The position numbers and the translations under genes are program-made. From an uncultured Candidatus Saccharibacteria bacterium (GTDB lineage Bacteria; Patescibacteriota; Minisyncoccia; Phycocordibacterales; JACOZG01), in the NCBI GenBank assembly GCA_964651115.1, contig CAZYXJ010000001.1, forward strand, positions 213,077-277,076: a stretch of DNA of 64,000 nt, written 5' to 3'. The notes below the pieces were generated by a model that had not been told where the DNA came from, made no database searches, and saw nothing but the letters and a program-made list of their open reading frames with translations. The stretch's first letter is position 1. Every line of letters begins with the position of its first letter. Shown here one piece after another: positions 38,911 through 48,737 of this stretch.

Positions 38911-39682
38911 CCGTCACCATCACCTCCTGCGAACCTGGCTCAACCGCCACGCGAGGAGCGGCACTCTGAGCCACCGACATCTCCATCATCCCACCGTAAC
39001 CATCCTTGGCGTAAGGATAAGGATAACCGTAGCCACCCTCGTCGATGCCGAGCAAACGACCAACCTTAAAGCCACCGGCCTTGGCAATCTCTTTGGCCTT
39101 CTCTTTGGCTTGAGCAATCGCCTCAGCGCGAGCTTCGCTCTGAGCCGCCGTGGGATCATCTTGCGTAAACGCTAGCTGGGAAACGCTGTTGGCGCCGTTA
39201 GTGACTACACCAGAGAGCAAGCTGCCAACTTTAGCAAAGTCACGAACCTTAACGACGACACGCAAGCTAACCGTGTAGCCCACGATCGAAGCCGGTGGAC
39301 AGGTCGTCACGCCATTGGCGTAAACAACGCCGCCACAGTAAGAATTCTGATAGCGAGGTTCCACGTTGTAACCCTCGGTGCGGATATCAGCATCGGCCAC
39401 GCCCTGACCCTTAACGAAAGCGATGGCTCGCTCTGACTTGGCGGTATTTTCCGCCTGGAGCGCCGCTAAATCTTTGCCGCCCTCGGTGATCACACTAAAA
39501 CTAAACTCCGCCACGTCTGGTACGGCAACCGCCTTACCCTCTCCCATAACGGAAAAACTCCGATAAGTGGATGGCTCAACCGTCCGCGCGTAAGTACGGG
39601 CATAAGACCAAGCCGCCACCCCCACAAGCAATACTGCGATAATCACGGCAATGCCGAGATAATTTTTTATTTTTTCGGTCAT
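38885..39682 (-). CDS. SIMPL-domain (DUF541) protein
   Basis: 265 aa; N-terminal TM helix; SIMPL / 26-kDa periplasmic immunogenic protein-like repeat structure. Confidence 0.6.
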   Translation of the reverse strand: MTEKIKNYLGIAVIIAVLLVGVAAWSYARTYARTVEPSTYRSFSVMGEGKAVAVPDVAEFSFSVITEGGKDLAALQAENTAKSERAIAFVKGQGVADADIRTEGYNVEPRYQNSYCGGVVYANGVTTCPPASIVGYTVSLRVVVKVRDFAKVGSLLSGVVTNGANSVSQLAFTQDDPTAAQSEARAEAIAQAKEKAKEIAKAGGFKVGRLLGIDEGGYGYPYPYAKDGYGGMMEMSVAQSAAPRVAVEPGSQEVMVTVTLRYEIE

Positions 39683-39691
39683 GGTTGGATT

Positions 39692-40459
39692 TTACCCCAA
39701 GCGGGCCTCCAAATACAAGAACAGAGGAATTTCTTTACGGGCCAAATCCTCGGCCGCCTGCCGGGGGCCGCGCTGGCTCTCACGGTGTGACACCCACTCT
39801 TCTAAGCGCGAAATCACAAATCCTTGATTAGTCAATAGTTTGGCATACCACTGGAGCGGCCGATGGAACGAGAGAGTGGTCACGCCCGGCGCTGACCCAG
39901 GATGCATCTGGATCTCGGATCGCTGTTCCGATAAGTAGCGATCGACTCGTCGATACTGACGGCCCTCCGCCTCATCCCAGCCCCAAGCCGAAAATTTAGG
40001 GATGCGAAAAGCGGGATGATTAAGCACCAAAATCAAACGCCCGCCGGGAGCTAGCACGCGACGGACCTCGGCAAAAACCTCTTTAACTTCTGCGATGTTC
40101 TGGATCGCCAAAATGCTCATGACCACGTCTTGCGAAGCCGGCTCCACCATCCCCAATTTATGCGCCGGCGCTACAAAGTAAGAAATATTTTTTGTCTCGG
40201 CCTGCTTGGCCAGGGCAATCAGCTCGGCCGAAAGATCAACCGCGGTAATCGGGGCTAAGCCAGGGCAAGCGGCCAAAAGTTCGCGAGAGAAAAATCCCGA
40301 ACCACACGCCAAGTCGAGCACGCGCAAGCCTGCCTTGGGCGCCACTAGGCGCAAGAGATTAGGCAAAATCACCCGACGTTGAAAACTATCCTCATCCGTC
40401 GAGAGTAATTGATTGTACCAATCGGCGACCCCACCCCAAGAAGTCTCTGGCGTCTTCAT
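39692..40459 (-). CDS. class I SAM-dependent methyltransferase
   Basis: 255 aa; motif I VLDLACGSGFFSREL. Confidence 0.65.
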   Translation of the reverse strand: MKTPETSWGGVADWYNQLLSTDEDSFQRRVILPNLLRLVAPKAGLRVLDLACGSGFFSRELLAACPGLAPITAVDLSAELIALAKQAETKNISYFVAPAHKLGMVEPASQDVVMSILAIQNIAEVKEVFAEVRRVLAPGGRLILVLNHPAFRIPKFSAWGWDEAEGRQYRRVDRYLSEQRSEIQMHPGSAPGVTTLSFHRPLQWYAKLLTNQGFVISRLEEWVSHRESQRGPRQAAEDLARKEIPLFLYLEARLG

Positions 40460-40461
40460 GA

Positions 40462-41193
40462 TTAGCGAACCACAAAACTGGCGCGCACCGTCACCATCAC
40501 TTCCTTAGCGATACTGCTCGTGTCGTACTCTCCGTAATCACTGACGTTGATCGAATTGGGCGACAAGACCTGCACCACCCCACTGGCGGCCGACTTAAGG
40601 GCGCCAACTCGCTGACCACTAGAAACCGCCAACTGTTCCGCCCGAGCTCGAGCATCCCTAATCGCGTCCGCCAAAAGCGAGACGCGCAACGACGCTAAAC
40701 CAGAATAATAATACTCGGGCTGACCGGGAGAGAAAAATACGCCACGATTAATCAACTCGCTAGAACGTTTAGCCAAATCCGCAATTTGATTAACGTCTTG
40801 GGAGTTAACCGTTAAATGTTGGACCAGGTCATACTCGCGAGGACCTTGATTGTTATAGTCATAACGTTCGTTAACAAAAACCGGAGAGATCACCAGTGCG
40901 CCATCAGTAACCCCGTTCTTCTTTAAAAAATCAACCACCACGGCAGAGTCCCGGGCCAATTCTAAATAGCCAGACTGAAGTTGTCCGGCCGGCACCGTCC
41001 GCGAAACGCTAGATTGCCACTTGGCCGAATCGGCCGTCACCGCCTGCTTAGCCGAGCCGACCACCGACAACGAGTTATCAAAAGAACGGACACGATAAAA
41101 GGTATAGGCTCCCACTACCGCCGAAATCATTAGCGAAACGCCCACAATCGTCGCCGGCACCGCGAAAGGAATAGACCAAAATTTATTATTCAT
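40462..41193 (-). CDS. SIMPL-like (DUF541) membrane-anchored protein
   Basis: 243 aa; N-terminal TM helix; weak SIMPL-like pattern; forms a tight operon with the methyltransferase and the SIMPL protein. Confidence 0.4.
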   Translation of the reverse strand: MNNKFWSIPFAVPATIVGVSLMISAVVGAYTFYRVRSFDNSLSVVGSAKQAVTADSAKWQSSVSRTVPAGQLQSGYLELARDSAVVVDFLKKNGVTDGALVISPVFVNERYDYNNQGPREYDLVQHLTVNSQDVNQIADLAKRSSELINRGVFFSPGQPEYYYSGLASLRVSLLADAIRDARARAEQLAVSSGQRVGALKSAASGVVQVLSPNSINVSDYGEYDTSSIAKEVMVTVRASFVVR

Positions 41194-41209
41194 AAACGTA
41201 GTATAGCAA

Positions 41210-41731
41210 TCATTTAATCGTTTTGAGAATCAGCTCAAAATCAGACTTAATTTGGTCGGCGGGCTCAAGCCAAGTTACCGAAGCCACCAACACCTCCGGC
41301 GACCCCGGCTTAAGCCAAGCCACGCTCTCCCCTTCGTACAGACCTGACCACCGCCAGCGATGGGCCAACTGACCCGCCACCGTCGTCGTCGCCAACTCGC
41401 CCGTTGGCGAAAGCTGGAAGTTGGCCTCGGGCGCAGCCAAAATCCAATCGCGCAGACTCAACTGCCCAGCGTTTTTAAACAAATCAATCGTGATAGCCGT
41501 TGGGCCCTCAAGCGCTGGCGTCGAGCCGACTACCTCGGGCACCAGCAACACCAGGCCAAAGAGACGACTCTCTCCCTCATTTCCCGCCAACTCCGTTACT
41601 TCGTAAGACGGTGGGTAGCCGAAGCGAATCCCTAAGCCCCCACTCACAAAGGGCGTTAACTGACGAGCAAACCACCAGCCGCCAAAGATAATCAACGCAA
41701 TTGCCAAAAAGGGTAAAATCTTTTTTATCAT
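41210..41731 (-). CDS. hypothetical secreted/membrane-anchored protein
   Basis: 173 aa with an N-terminal TM helix. Confidence 0.4.
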   Translation of the reverse strand: MIKKILPFLAIALIIFGGWWFARQLTPFVSGGLGIRFGYPPSYEVTELAGNEGESRLFGLVLLVPEVVGSTPALEGPTAITIDLFKNAGQLSLRDWILAAPEANFQLSPTGELATTTVAGQLAHRWRWSGLYEGESVAWLKPGSPEVLVASVTWLEPADQIKSDFELILKTIK

Positions 41732-41735
41732 TTTG

Positions 41736-42152
41736 CTATCGCCAAATGGTTAGAATTAAACCAAAAATAACGAAGACTACTAACTGGTAACCCACCTGGA
41801 TCAGGAAGCGAGCCCAGGCCACTTGCCGCGAATCATTATTCCACATCGCGGTCCCGGCAATTGTCGGGACAATAAAGCCCGCCCAGATCCACAGCGCGCT
41901 CTCCACGCCGCCAAGTCCGAGCCGGACGTAATGAGCCAAAACAAAAACCTGAAAACAGGTGAGTAAAAATTGAATGGCGTAGAGCGGCGCGGCGCGCTTC
42001 TGCATCTCGCGCCGCGCGGCCAAATCAGCGGCCGTCGCGCCGATCACCTTAAGCCAAGCTCGGCCAAAGAGTGGTCCGTACCACACTGCCCCGACCACCA
42101 TCGCCGCCACCGCACACCCGATCACCGCCCAATAATTAATGATTGAATTCAT
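41736..42152 (-). CDS. DUF1761-like membrane protein
   Basis: 138 aa with four TM helices; WYGPLFG motif. Confidence 0.45.
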   Translation of the reverse strand: MNSIINYWAVIGCAVAAMVVGAVWYGPLFGRAWLKVIGATAADLAARREMQKRAAPLYAIQFLLTCFQVFVLAHYVRLGLGGVESALWIWAGFIVPTIAGTAMWNNDSRQVAWARFLIQVGYQLVVFVIFGLILTIWR

Positions 42153-42169
42153 TTATAGGTTCTAAATTT

Positions 42170-42628
42170 CTAATTTCCGCCGACCAAATGCCACACAATA
42201 ATCGCCAAACCGCCCCACCAGCCAAGATCGGAAACAATCAGGCCCAGCGCAATCTGCCGCTGCCAGTGCGCAGGCAAAAGTTCGCTGGCTCTCCCCGCTC
42301 GCTCGCGAGCCAAAAGGTAGGGACTAACGCGAAAAGACAAAAACAGACCATTGAGAATCAGAACACCGGCAATCAATCCCAGCACCAGCGGCACTGGTCC
42401 GCTTGCGCCGCGGAAAAAGATCGATCCGCCCACCACCGCCAAAAAAATTCCCAACCAAATCAGCGGCTTGGTAACTTTGTGCGTCCGCGTCGTCGCCTCC
42501 GTCCAGTAGGCCGAGCGGCGCCCCAAAAAACCATGCAGGTCGATCACCGTCACGGCCCCCAAACCGATTACAATCCCGCCCAGCAAACCGAACAAACCGA
42601 TAAAATCCAACCAGTTAATTGAGAGCAT
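42170..42628 (-). CDS. hypothetical membrane protein
   Basis: Hydrophobic ORF; start trimmed to the ATG at 42628 to limit overlap with tspO. Confidence 0.4.
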   Translation of the reverse strand: MLSINWLDFIGLFGLLGGIVIGLGAVTVIDLHGFLGRRSAYWTEATTRTHKVTKPLIWLGIFLAVVGGSIFFRGASGPVPLVLGLIAGVLILNGLFLSFRVSPYLLARERAGRASELLPAHWQRQIALGLIVSDLGWWGGLAIIVWHLVGGN

Positions 42629-43091
42629 AAATGGCGTAATTAAGATACCCGGCAAAAGTAACCCAGGCCAGGTAAGGGGCCAAGAGCCAGGCCGCGAGGC
42701 GAGAGACGCGAGCAAAAGATAAAATCGTTAACCCAATCGCCAGCCACAAAAAGATAATTTCCACCAAGGCCCAGCCCGGTGATTGCCAACCAAAAAAGAT
42801 GATCGACCAGAACGTGTTTAAAATCAGCTGAGCGCCAAACGCCACCAAGGCCCGACGCACCAGCGCGCGATCAGTCCCCACTCGCCAAACGACGAAAGCC
42901 GCAATGCCCATCAAAATATATAAGATCGTCCAGACGGGGCCAAAGAGCCAGTTGGGTGGGGCAAAGCTTGGTCGAACCAGCTCTGCATACCAGGAGTCGA
43001 TTGCCGGCACAGTAAACACCGAGCCAATAATGCCCGCCAACTGCGAGAGCACAATAAACCCAATTAACACCGCCCAGCGTTTTGCCGTCAT
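42615..43091 (-). CDS. tspO: TspO/MBR tryptophan-rich sensory protein
   Basis: 158 aa with five TM helices; conserved Trp/Pro pattern (PSFAPPNWLFGPVWTILY...). Confidence 0.75.
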   Translation of the reverse strand: MTAKRWAVLIGFIVLSQLAGIIGSVFTVPAIDSWYAELVRPSFAPPNWLFGPVWTILYILMGIAAFVVWRVGTDRALVRRALVAFGAQLILNTFWSIIFFGWQSPGWALVEIIFLWLAIGLTILSFARVSRLAAWLLAPYLAWVTFAGYLNYAIYALN

Positions 43092-43117
43092 GAGATTATT
43101 ATCCTACATTTTTTAAT

Positions 43118-43498
43118 TTATTTCTCCTCCGGCGAGAGATCCAGGCAGACGGAATTAAGGCAGTAGCGCCGACCCGTAGCTGTGGGGCCGTCATCAAAAA
43201 CGTGCCCGAGATGAGAACCACACTGCGCGCAAACAACTTCGGTCCTTTCTAAACCATGAGAACGATCAGAAACTTCCTTGACTGAACCAGGCATCGCCTG
43301 ATCAAAAGACGGCCAGCCAGTACCAGAGTCGAATTTGGCCTCGGAGTTAAACAGTTGGTTGCCGCAAACTTTGCAATTGTAAGTGCCCGTCCGCTCCTCG
43401 TGGAGCAGCTGGCCAGAAAAAGGCGGCTCCGTCCCCTTCTCCCTCAACACGCGATACTCCTCGGGAGTTAAACGTTTTTTGATTTCTTGTTCGTCCAT
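43118..43498 (-). CDS. msrB: peptide-methionine (R)-S-oxide reductase
   Basis: 126 aa; two CxxC zinc sites, GTGWPSF motif and catalytic RYCINS. Confidence 0.9.
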   Translation of the reverse strand: MDEQEIKKRLTPEEYRVLREKGTEPPFSGQLLHEERTGTYNCKVCGNQLFNSEAKFDSGTGWPSFDQAMPGSVKEVSDRSHGLERTEVVCAQCGSHLGHVFDDGPTATGRRYCLNSVCLDLSPEEK

Positions 43499-43515
43499 AA
43501 ATTTTCCATTGATTA

Positions 43516-43552
43516 ATTATAGCACTGCCTACCCCTGCCGCCGCTCAGAGAA
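43516..43552 (-). promoter_or_regulatory. conserved msr promoter/operator element (copy 1): TATAAT -10 plus GC-rich upstream box
   Basis: On the minus strand: TTCTCTGAGCGGCGGCAGGGGTAGGCAGTGCTATAAT, 17 nt upstream of the msrB ATG; 35 of 37 positions identical to the element upstream of msrA (62050-62086). Confidence 0.45.
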
Positions 43553-43566
43553 GCTGCAAATTAGTG

Positions 43567-44301
43567 CTAAACTTTGCCTAAGAAAACTTTTTCCAAAACA
43601 CCACTGGCAATGAGCGTAGTCGGCTGCCCCTCGGCGACCAGTAAGCCCTTATCAAGCACGTAGGCTCGGTCAGTAATTTCTAAAAGTGATTTAAGATTGT
43701 GCTCAACTACCACCACGGCGATCTGGCGTTTCTGATTAATCTCTTTAATCGTGGCAAAAATTTCCTTCACGATCTTGGGAGCAAGTCCTAGTGATGGCTC
43801 ATCGAGAAGCAGAACCTTAGGGTCGGTGACCAAGCCGCGAGCGATCGCGAGCATTTGCTGCTGGCCCCCAGAGAGCGTCCCCGATTTGGCTTTGAGTTTG
43901 GTTTTAAGCGCCGGTAAAAGGTCGAGAACTTCCGCAATCTTCTCTCTAACTAGTTTTTTGTTCTTAATCACGATCCCGCCTAATTCCAAATTTTCCTGCA
44001 CCGTCAGATGACGGAAAACCCGGCGGCCCTGCGGTACAAAAGTGATCCCCCGCAACACCATCTCGTGCGAGACTGGGGTAACCGACTCTTCGTGCCAGTA
44101 GACTTTGCCCCGCTCGATAGGCGCCAGGCCAAAGAGGGCCTTTAGAACCGTCGACTTCCCCGCCCCGTTGGGCCCCATCAAGGCCACCACCTCACCCTCA
44201 TCAATTGCTAGCGAAACACCGTCAAGCGCCTTCACGCCACCATAGTGGACATGGAGATCCTCTAGTTTTAGCAATTTTTCTGTAGCAACAGCCGTGGGCA
44301 T
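43567..44301 (-). CDS. branched-chain amino acid ABC transporter ATP-binding protein (LivF-like)
   Basis: 244 aa; Walker A GPNGAGKST, ABC signature LSGGQQQ and Walker B LLLDEPS. Confidence 0.8.
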   Translation of the reverse strand: MPTAVATEKLLKLEDLHVHYGGVKALDGVSLAIDEGEVVALMGPNGAGKSTVLKALFGLAPIERGKVYWHEESVTPVSHEMVLRGITFVPQGRRVFRHLTVQENLELGGIVIKNKKLVREKIAEVLDLLPALKTKLKAKSGTLSGGQQQMLAIARGLVTDPKVLLLDEPSLGLAPKIVKEIFATIKEINQKRQIAVVVVEHNLKSLLEITDRAYVLDKGLLVAEGQPTTLIASGVLEKVFLGKV

Positions 44302-44307
44302 GGTTTA

Positions 44308-45327
44308 TTAATTACCAGTTAAGATCGTTGGCTGGCCACCTTTAATTTGCTTCATGATAATCGGGCGGGTGTAGATGCCGCTAGCGTTAAACTTGGCGCC
44401 TGAGAGAAGATTACTTTTGACACAGCTGTAATCACCCTTACACTCCGTAACAGCTTGGACCAAAACCTCGGTTGCTTGTTTGGAGAGTCCAAAAACCGCC
44501 CCCTCGCTACCCTCCAAATCGCCAGGGAACGAATAAATCACATCGGGTACTAACTCACGCACGGCCGGTAATTCCGCTACGTAAGTTGTATAGACCGGCA
44601 CCATCACTTTAAGTTGGCGGAGCTTGGGTACGCCGCTGCCAAAGAAGAAGGAGATATCAGGTGAGTAGATAGCGTCAACGCCAGCTTTGCTAATCTTTAA
44701 TACCTCCGGCGAGAGATCAACAGTCTCGTCGGTTAAAACAACGTCTTGAGCGATTGTGCCCTTAAAGTTTTTACGGAAGCTGTCGGCGTGAGTCTGAGAG
44801 AAGGCGTTTTTAAAGCTCACCAGCGCCACCTTGCGATGACCACGAGCAAACATTTGCTCAGCCACAAACTTCGACTCCTCTTGGAGAGAATACTGGATAT
44901 TGAAGAAGTTGTTGCCGCTAGCCGCATACAAATCTGAGGAAGCGGCGGCTGGTACAATGGACAGAACCTCCTTACCCTTTAAAAGCGGCACAACCGCCTC
45001 TTGAGGCGAGCCGCAGGCGGGACCAATGATGTATTTAGCTTTATCAAACTCCGCTAATTTTTGATAAGCAGTTACCGCCACCTTTGGGTCACATTGATCA
45101 TCCTCAAAAATCAAACTAACAGCCGTCGTACTCCCAACACCAGCCTGCACACCTCGGCGGACCTCCTCACCATAATCAGCCAGTGGACCAGTAAGCGGCG
45201 CGATTACTCCTATTTTGACAGGTTCGCTTGTGCCCACAGGGCCATCTTTTTTAACCGCCACGCCAATACCCCACACCACCAGAATAATGACAATGATCGC
45301 GATTATAATTTTTGCTGTGTTGGACAT
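44308..45327 (-). CDS. ABC transporter substrate-binding protein, type I PBP (Liv-like), paralog 1
   Basis: 339 aa; N-terminal TM anchor/signal; LivJ/K-AmiC-type periplasmic binding fold. Confidence 0.65.
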   Translation of the reverse strand: MSNTAKIIIAIIVIILVVWGIGVAVKKDGPVGTSEPVKIGVIAPLTGPLADYGEEVRRGVQAGVGSTTAVSLIFEDDQCDPKVAVTAYQKLAEFDKAKYIIGPACGSPQEAVVPLLKGKEVLSIVPAAASSDLYAASGNNFFNIQYSLQEESKFVAEQMFARGHRKVALVSFKNAFSQTHADSFRKNFKGTIAQDVVLTDETVDLSPEVLKISKAGVDAIYSPDISFFFGSGVPKLRQLKVMVPVYTTYVAELPAVRELVPDVIYSFPGDLEGSEGAVFGLSKQATEVLVQAVTECKGDYSCVKSNLLSGAKFNASGIYTRPIIMKQIKGGQPTILTGN

Positions 45328-45337
45328 GGTGTTTTTG

Positions 45338-46081
45338 CTATTCTCCTAAATATGCCTCAATTACTTCTGGCTTTTTTAAAACTTCTTCTGGTAAACCTTG
45401 GGCCAAGAGCTGGCCGGCGTCCATCACGATTAAGTGATCACACAACTCGCGGATTAAATCCATGTTGTGCTCGACTAAAATAATAGTTTTACCTGCCGCC
45501 CGGAGCTCTTTAATTACGCTCACCACTGTTTTAATCATCTCAGGAAAGAGTCCGGCAAATGGTTCATCAAGAAAAATGATGGAGGCCGCGTTGTCACTAG
45601 CCGAGACCATCGCGAGCACGCGCGCGATCTCCAAGAGCTTGCGCTGACCATAAGAGAGATTAGCGGCTAACTCCCCGCGCTTCTCCCACAGACCAACTTT
45701 TTTAAGGGCCGCCTCAGCCTGAGCCACATGAAAATCTTTGTGCTTCTCAAACAGTGAGGCAAAAGTGTTCCGCTCTGTTAGGACCACCAAGATGTTATCG
45801 AGCACCGGCATTTGCTCAAAGAGTCGTACGTCTTGGAAGGTGCGGGTTACGCCGTACTCGGCTGACTCATAAGCGCGCAAGCGCGAGAGCTCAACGCCAG
45901 AAATTACGATCGCCCCCGCCTCAAACGGGAACATGCCAGTGAGAGTATTGATAAGAGTCGATTTGCCCGAGCCGTTGGGACCGATCACGCCAGTGATCTT
46001 GCCGGCAGCAAATTCAACCGAGAGCCGGTCTACCGCCTTAACCCCGTCAAATTGTTTGGAGAGACCGTGGGTTTTAAGCAT
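45338..46081 (-). CDS. branched-chain amino acid ABC transporter ATP-binding protein (LivG-like)
   Basis: 247 aa; Walker A GPNGSGKST, ABC signature LSYGQRK and Walker B FLDEPF. Confidence 0.8.
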   Translation of the reverse strand: MLKTHGLSKQFDGVKAVDRLSVEFAAGKITGVIGPNGSGKSTLINTLTGMFPFEAGAIVISGVELSRLRAYESAEYGVTRTFQDVRLFEQMPVLDNILVVLTERNTFASLFEKHKDFHVAQAEAALKKVGLWEKRGELAANLSYGQRKLLEIARVLAMVSASDNAASIIFLDEPFAGLFPEMIKTVVSVIKELRAAGKTIILVEHNMDLIRELCDHLIVMDAGQLLAQGLPEEVLKKPEVIEAYLGE

Positions 46082-46120
46082 CGTAGCCTAATTAAATAGG
46101 ATGTTGCCCCGACCGTCAAA

Positions 46121-46846
46121 TTACCGTTTTGGTCTAATTGAATAGCAAACCCAGGTGTAACCCAGGGCATTATTGTAGCGCCTGCCGACAACCTCACAAC
46201 CACAATCGCTAACTAAGTTCTCCAGCACCACAAAATCAGCATTGGGATCTTTAGTATTTGCGCTTTGCAGGTTAGAGTGAGTTAAGAGTATGTAGCCGCC
46301 TGGATTAATATGGTCTCTGGCCTCCTCAAATAGTCTTCGGTGCAGGACCATCCCCGGATCATAGAGCGCTGCGGTGATGCTTGTTTTTTCTGTGGGGACA
46401 GCGTTCGTAATGGGCAGATTAGCAATTATCCGATCATATTTTTTATTCCCCATTGCTGAGAAGAGATCACTTACGAATACCGATATTGTGTCTTCTAGAC
46501 CATTTAGTTGAACATTATGTTTGCTGCAAGCTACCGCCTCCGGAATAAGATCCACAGCATCAACGTGTTTGGCCCCTTTAATAACTGCCGCAATTGATTC
46601 GACACCAGTACCGCAACCGATGTCAGCAACATCCAAACCGCTCAAATCACCAAGAGCTTCATATAATGTGCGAGAGGACACGGAGTGATCAGCGGCCGGC
46701 GGAAAAATGCCAGGGAAGACATCGATTAAGATAATTTTGCCATCGATTTCGACATTCACCCGATAAGTTCCTTGGGCTTTCTTGCGCTCCAGTTCTTTGA
46801 CCATTCCCTGGGTCTGCGGGGAATCAGCTTGTGGTTTGATTTCCAT
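46121..46846 (-). CDS. class I SAM-dependent methyltransferase (methyltransferase-small-domain type)
   Basis: 241 aa; motif I VADIGCGTGVESI; degenerate motif IV IANLPI where N5-Gln/N6-A amino-MTases have NPPY; 1-nt overlap with the upstream SBP gene stop. Confidence 0.6.
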   Translation of the reverse strand: MEIKPQADSPQTQGMVKELERKKAQGTYRVNVEIDGKIILIDVFPGIFPPAADHSVSSRTLYEALGDLSGLDVADIGCGTGVESIAAVIKGAKHVDAVDLIPEAVACSKHNVQLNGLEDTISVFVSDLFSAMGNKKYDRIIANLPITNAVPTEKTSITAALYDPGMVLHRRLFEEARDHINPGGYILLTHSNLQSANTKDPNADFVVLENLVSDCGCEVVGRRYNNALGYTWVCYSIRPKR

Positions 46847-48006
46847 TACTCAGCCTTCACGAATTTACCCTCACGAACAGTCTTCATTTCAAAGGCTTCG
46901 ACTGGAGTCTCAACAAAACCCTTGTCATCAAACTCAATGAGAGGAATAGATACACTGCCCTCAAACCTCACCTTCTCTAAACCTGATCGAACATTCTCTC
47001 GATTAATTTCTTGGCCAGACTCAACAAGGCCCTTCATCACCTCCGCCAGAACCAAAACTGCGTTGTAAGAGGTAACAGCCGATGGCGACAATGGCTTTAG
47101 ATTAAATCTAGCTTCGTACGCCTTCTCAAACTGATCATAACCATGAGACTGGCTTGGCGTTGCAAAATATAGACGGTTTTGCATCAGCTCTGGGCATTCG
47201 CTCAAAGCTTTTGGCGTTCCGGCAGACTCGGTGGAGAGAAGAGGTAAAGGCGCTCCAAGTTCCTTAGACTGAGCCAAAAAGACACATTCCAACTCGGCAA
47301 AAGCGCCAAAGAAGGCGTCTGGGGATTTGGCCTTAGCCTTGCTAATCAAAGTTCGATAATCAGTAACGGCATAGTCCGTACCCATTTCTTTAGCCACCAC
47401 AGTAATACCAAATTCTGGCGCATTTTTTTCAACCAAGTTAGCAGTAAAAAGCCAGAAGCTAAAGTTTGCTGGCTGGACAATGGCAATCTTTTTCCAGCCC
47501 TTATTTTGAGCAAACTTGAGTAATTCTCTAATCCCCACTTCGTTCTTGGGCCAAGTAACAAAGAAATAAGGTGAGTTAACTTTAGACTCAATGTAGGTTG
47601 AGACATTGGGGCTCACCACTGGAGTTTTGTCAGCTGAAGAGATGGCAGCCACTACCTCGCCGTTACCGTCCCACTGAGGACCAACAATAGCGACTACATT
47701 ATCAACTGCAATTAACTTCTTGGCCGCTGCCGCTCCGCGTTTAAGATCAAGACCAGGAGCGTCTTCTGAAACCATTTCTATTTTCTTGCCACCCACCCCA
47801 CCTTGAGCATTTACTTCTTCCACCGCTAGCAGAGCCCCGTTCTTTTCCTCTGCACCAATTTCAGCGCCTAAGCCAGATTGCCCAGACATCTGCCCGATCT
47901 TGATAACCTCCGCCGAGACTGAATTAGGATTTTTGCTCTTGCTCGCCCAAACTCCCAGCCCCACCACCACCAGAATTATGACGATCCAAATTATTGTTTT
48001 TTTCAT
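46846..48006 (-). CDS. ABC transporter substrate-binding protein, type I PBP (Liv-like), paralog 2
   Basis: 386 aa; N-terminus MKKTIIWIVIILVVVGLGVWA; Liv-type binding fold. Confidence 0.7.
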   Translation of the reverse strand: MKKTIIWIVIILVVVGLGVWASKSKNPNSVSAEVIKIGQMSGQSGLGAEIGAEEKNGALLAVEEVNAQGGVGGKKIEMVSEDAPGLDLKRGAAAAKKLIAVDNVVAIVGPQWDGNGEVVAAISSADKTPVVSPNVSTYIESKVNSPYFFVTWPKNEVGIRELLKFAQNKGWKKIAIVQPANFSFWLFTANLVEKNAPEFGITVVAKEMGTDYAVTDYRTLISKAKAKSPDAFFGAFAELECVFLAQSKELGAPLPLLSTESAGTPKALSECPELMQNRLYFATPSQSHGYDQFEKAYEARFNLKPLSPSAVTSYNAVLVLAEVMKGLVESGQEINRENVRSGLEKVRFEGSVSIPLIEFDDKGFVETPVEAFEMKTVREGKFVKAE

Positions 48007-48009
48007 AGT

Positions 48010-48732
48010 TTATTTAATTCCCACAACAACAGCTTCCATCATTTTGCGATAAACCGTTTCCACACCCTTAAAACCAATCGAAGTCATAAACGTTTTTGCC
48101 TCCCCTTCAAAAAACACCAGATCTTCTTGTTCGTCACGTTCCATGTGTGCAAGCCACTCTTTTTTGTAATCCGACCGACCAATGGTGTCGTAAATGTCAT
48201 ATTTGGCAATTTGTTCTCTATAAATCTCTTGTCGCTTTTCTGGATCATCATGGGCATACTTATCACCATTAACAAAAATGCCACCCGGCTTTAAGACCCT
48301 GAAGATTTCTGAAATTATCTGTCGACGAAAGTTTTGTTCAAAATTATGGATCACGAAACCAGAAGCTACGGCATCAAATGATGAGTCTGGTATATTCTTC
48401 AAATATTCTCCGACCTCACTTTCAATTACCGTCACCCGATTGGAAGCTTGCCAACGATTAAGATTATCCTGGATTTGATCAATCATTTTTTTCTCATTAT
48501 CAACAGCCACAACGCGTACACGAGAATCTGAGTCAAGTAGAAACTTGGTAGTAATCCCGGTCCCACATCCGACCTCCATAGTTACAATACTCCCCACCTG
48601 AGAATCCTTGAAGTGCTCGCGGATAGCTTGCCCAACCGCCTGCTGAAGTTCATCATAGTGCGGGTAAGCCAACTTCAAAAGCTCATACTCTTCGCCCAGG
48701 ATATTATTAAATCTTTGATCGTTAGAAGTCAT
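48010..48732 (-). CDS. class I SAM-dependent methyltransferase (UbiE/small-molecule type)
   Basis: 240 aa; motif I VGCGTGITTKFL; post-I acidic residue VDNE; motif LKPGG. Confidence 0.65.
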   Translation of the reverse strand: MTSNDQRFNNILGEEYELLKLAYPHYDELQQAVGQAIREHFKDSQVGSIVTMEVGCGTGITTKFLLDSDSRVRVVAVDNEKKMIDQIQDNLNRWQASNRVTVIESEVGEYLKNIPDSSFDAVASGFVIHNFEQNFRRQIISEIFRVLKPGGIFVNGDKYAHDDPEKRQEIYREQIAKYDIYDTIGRSDYKKEWLAHMERDEQEDLVFFEGEAKTFMTSIGFKGVETVYRKMMEAVVVGIK

Positions 48733-48737
48733 TTTAT

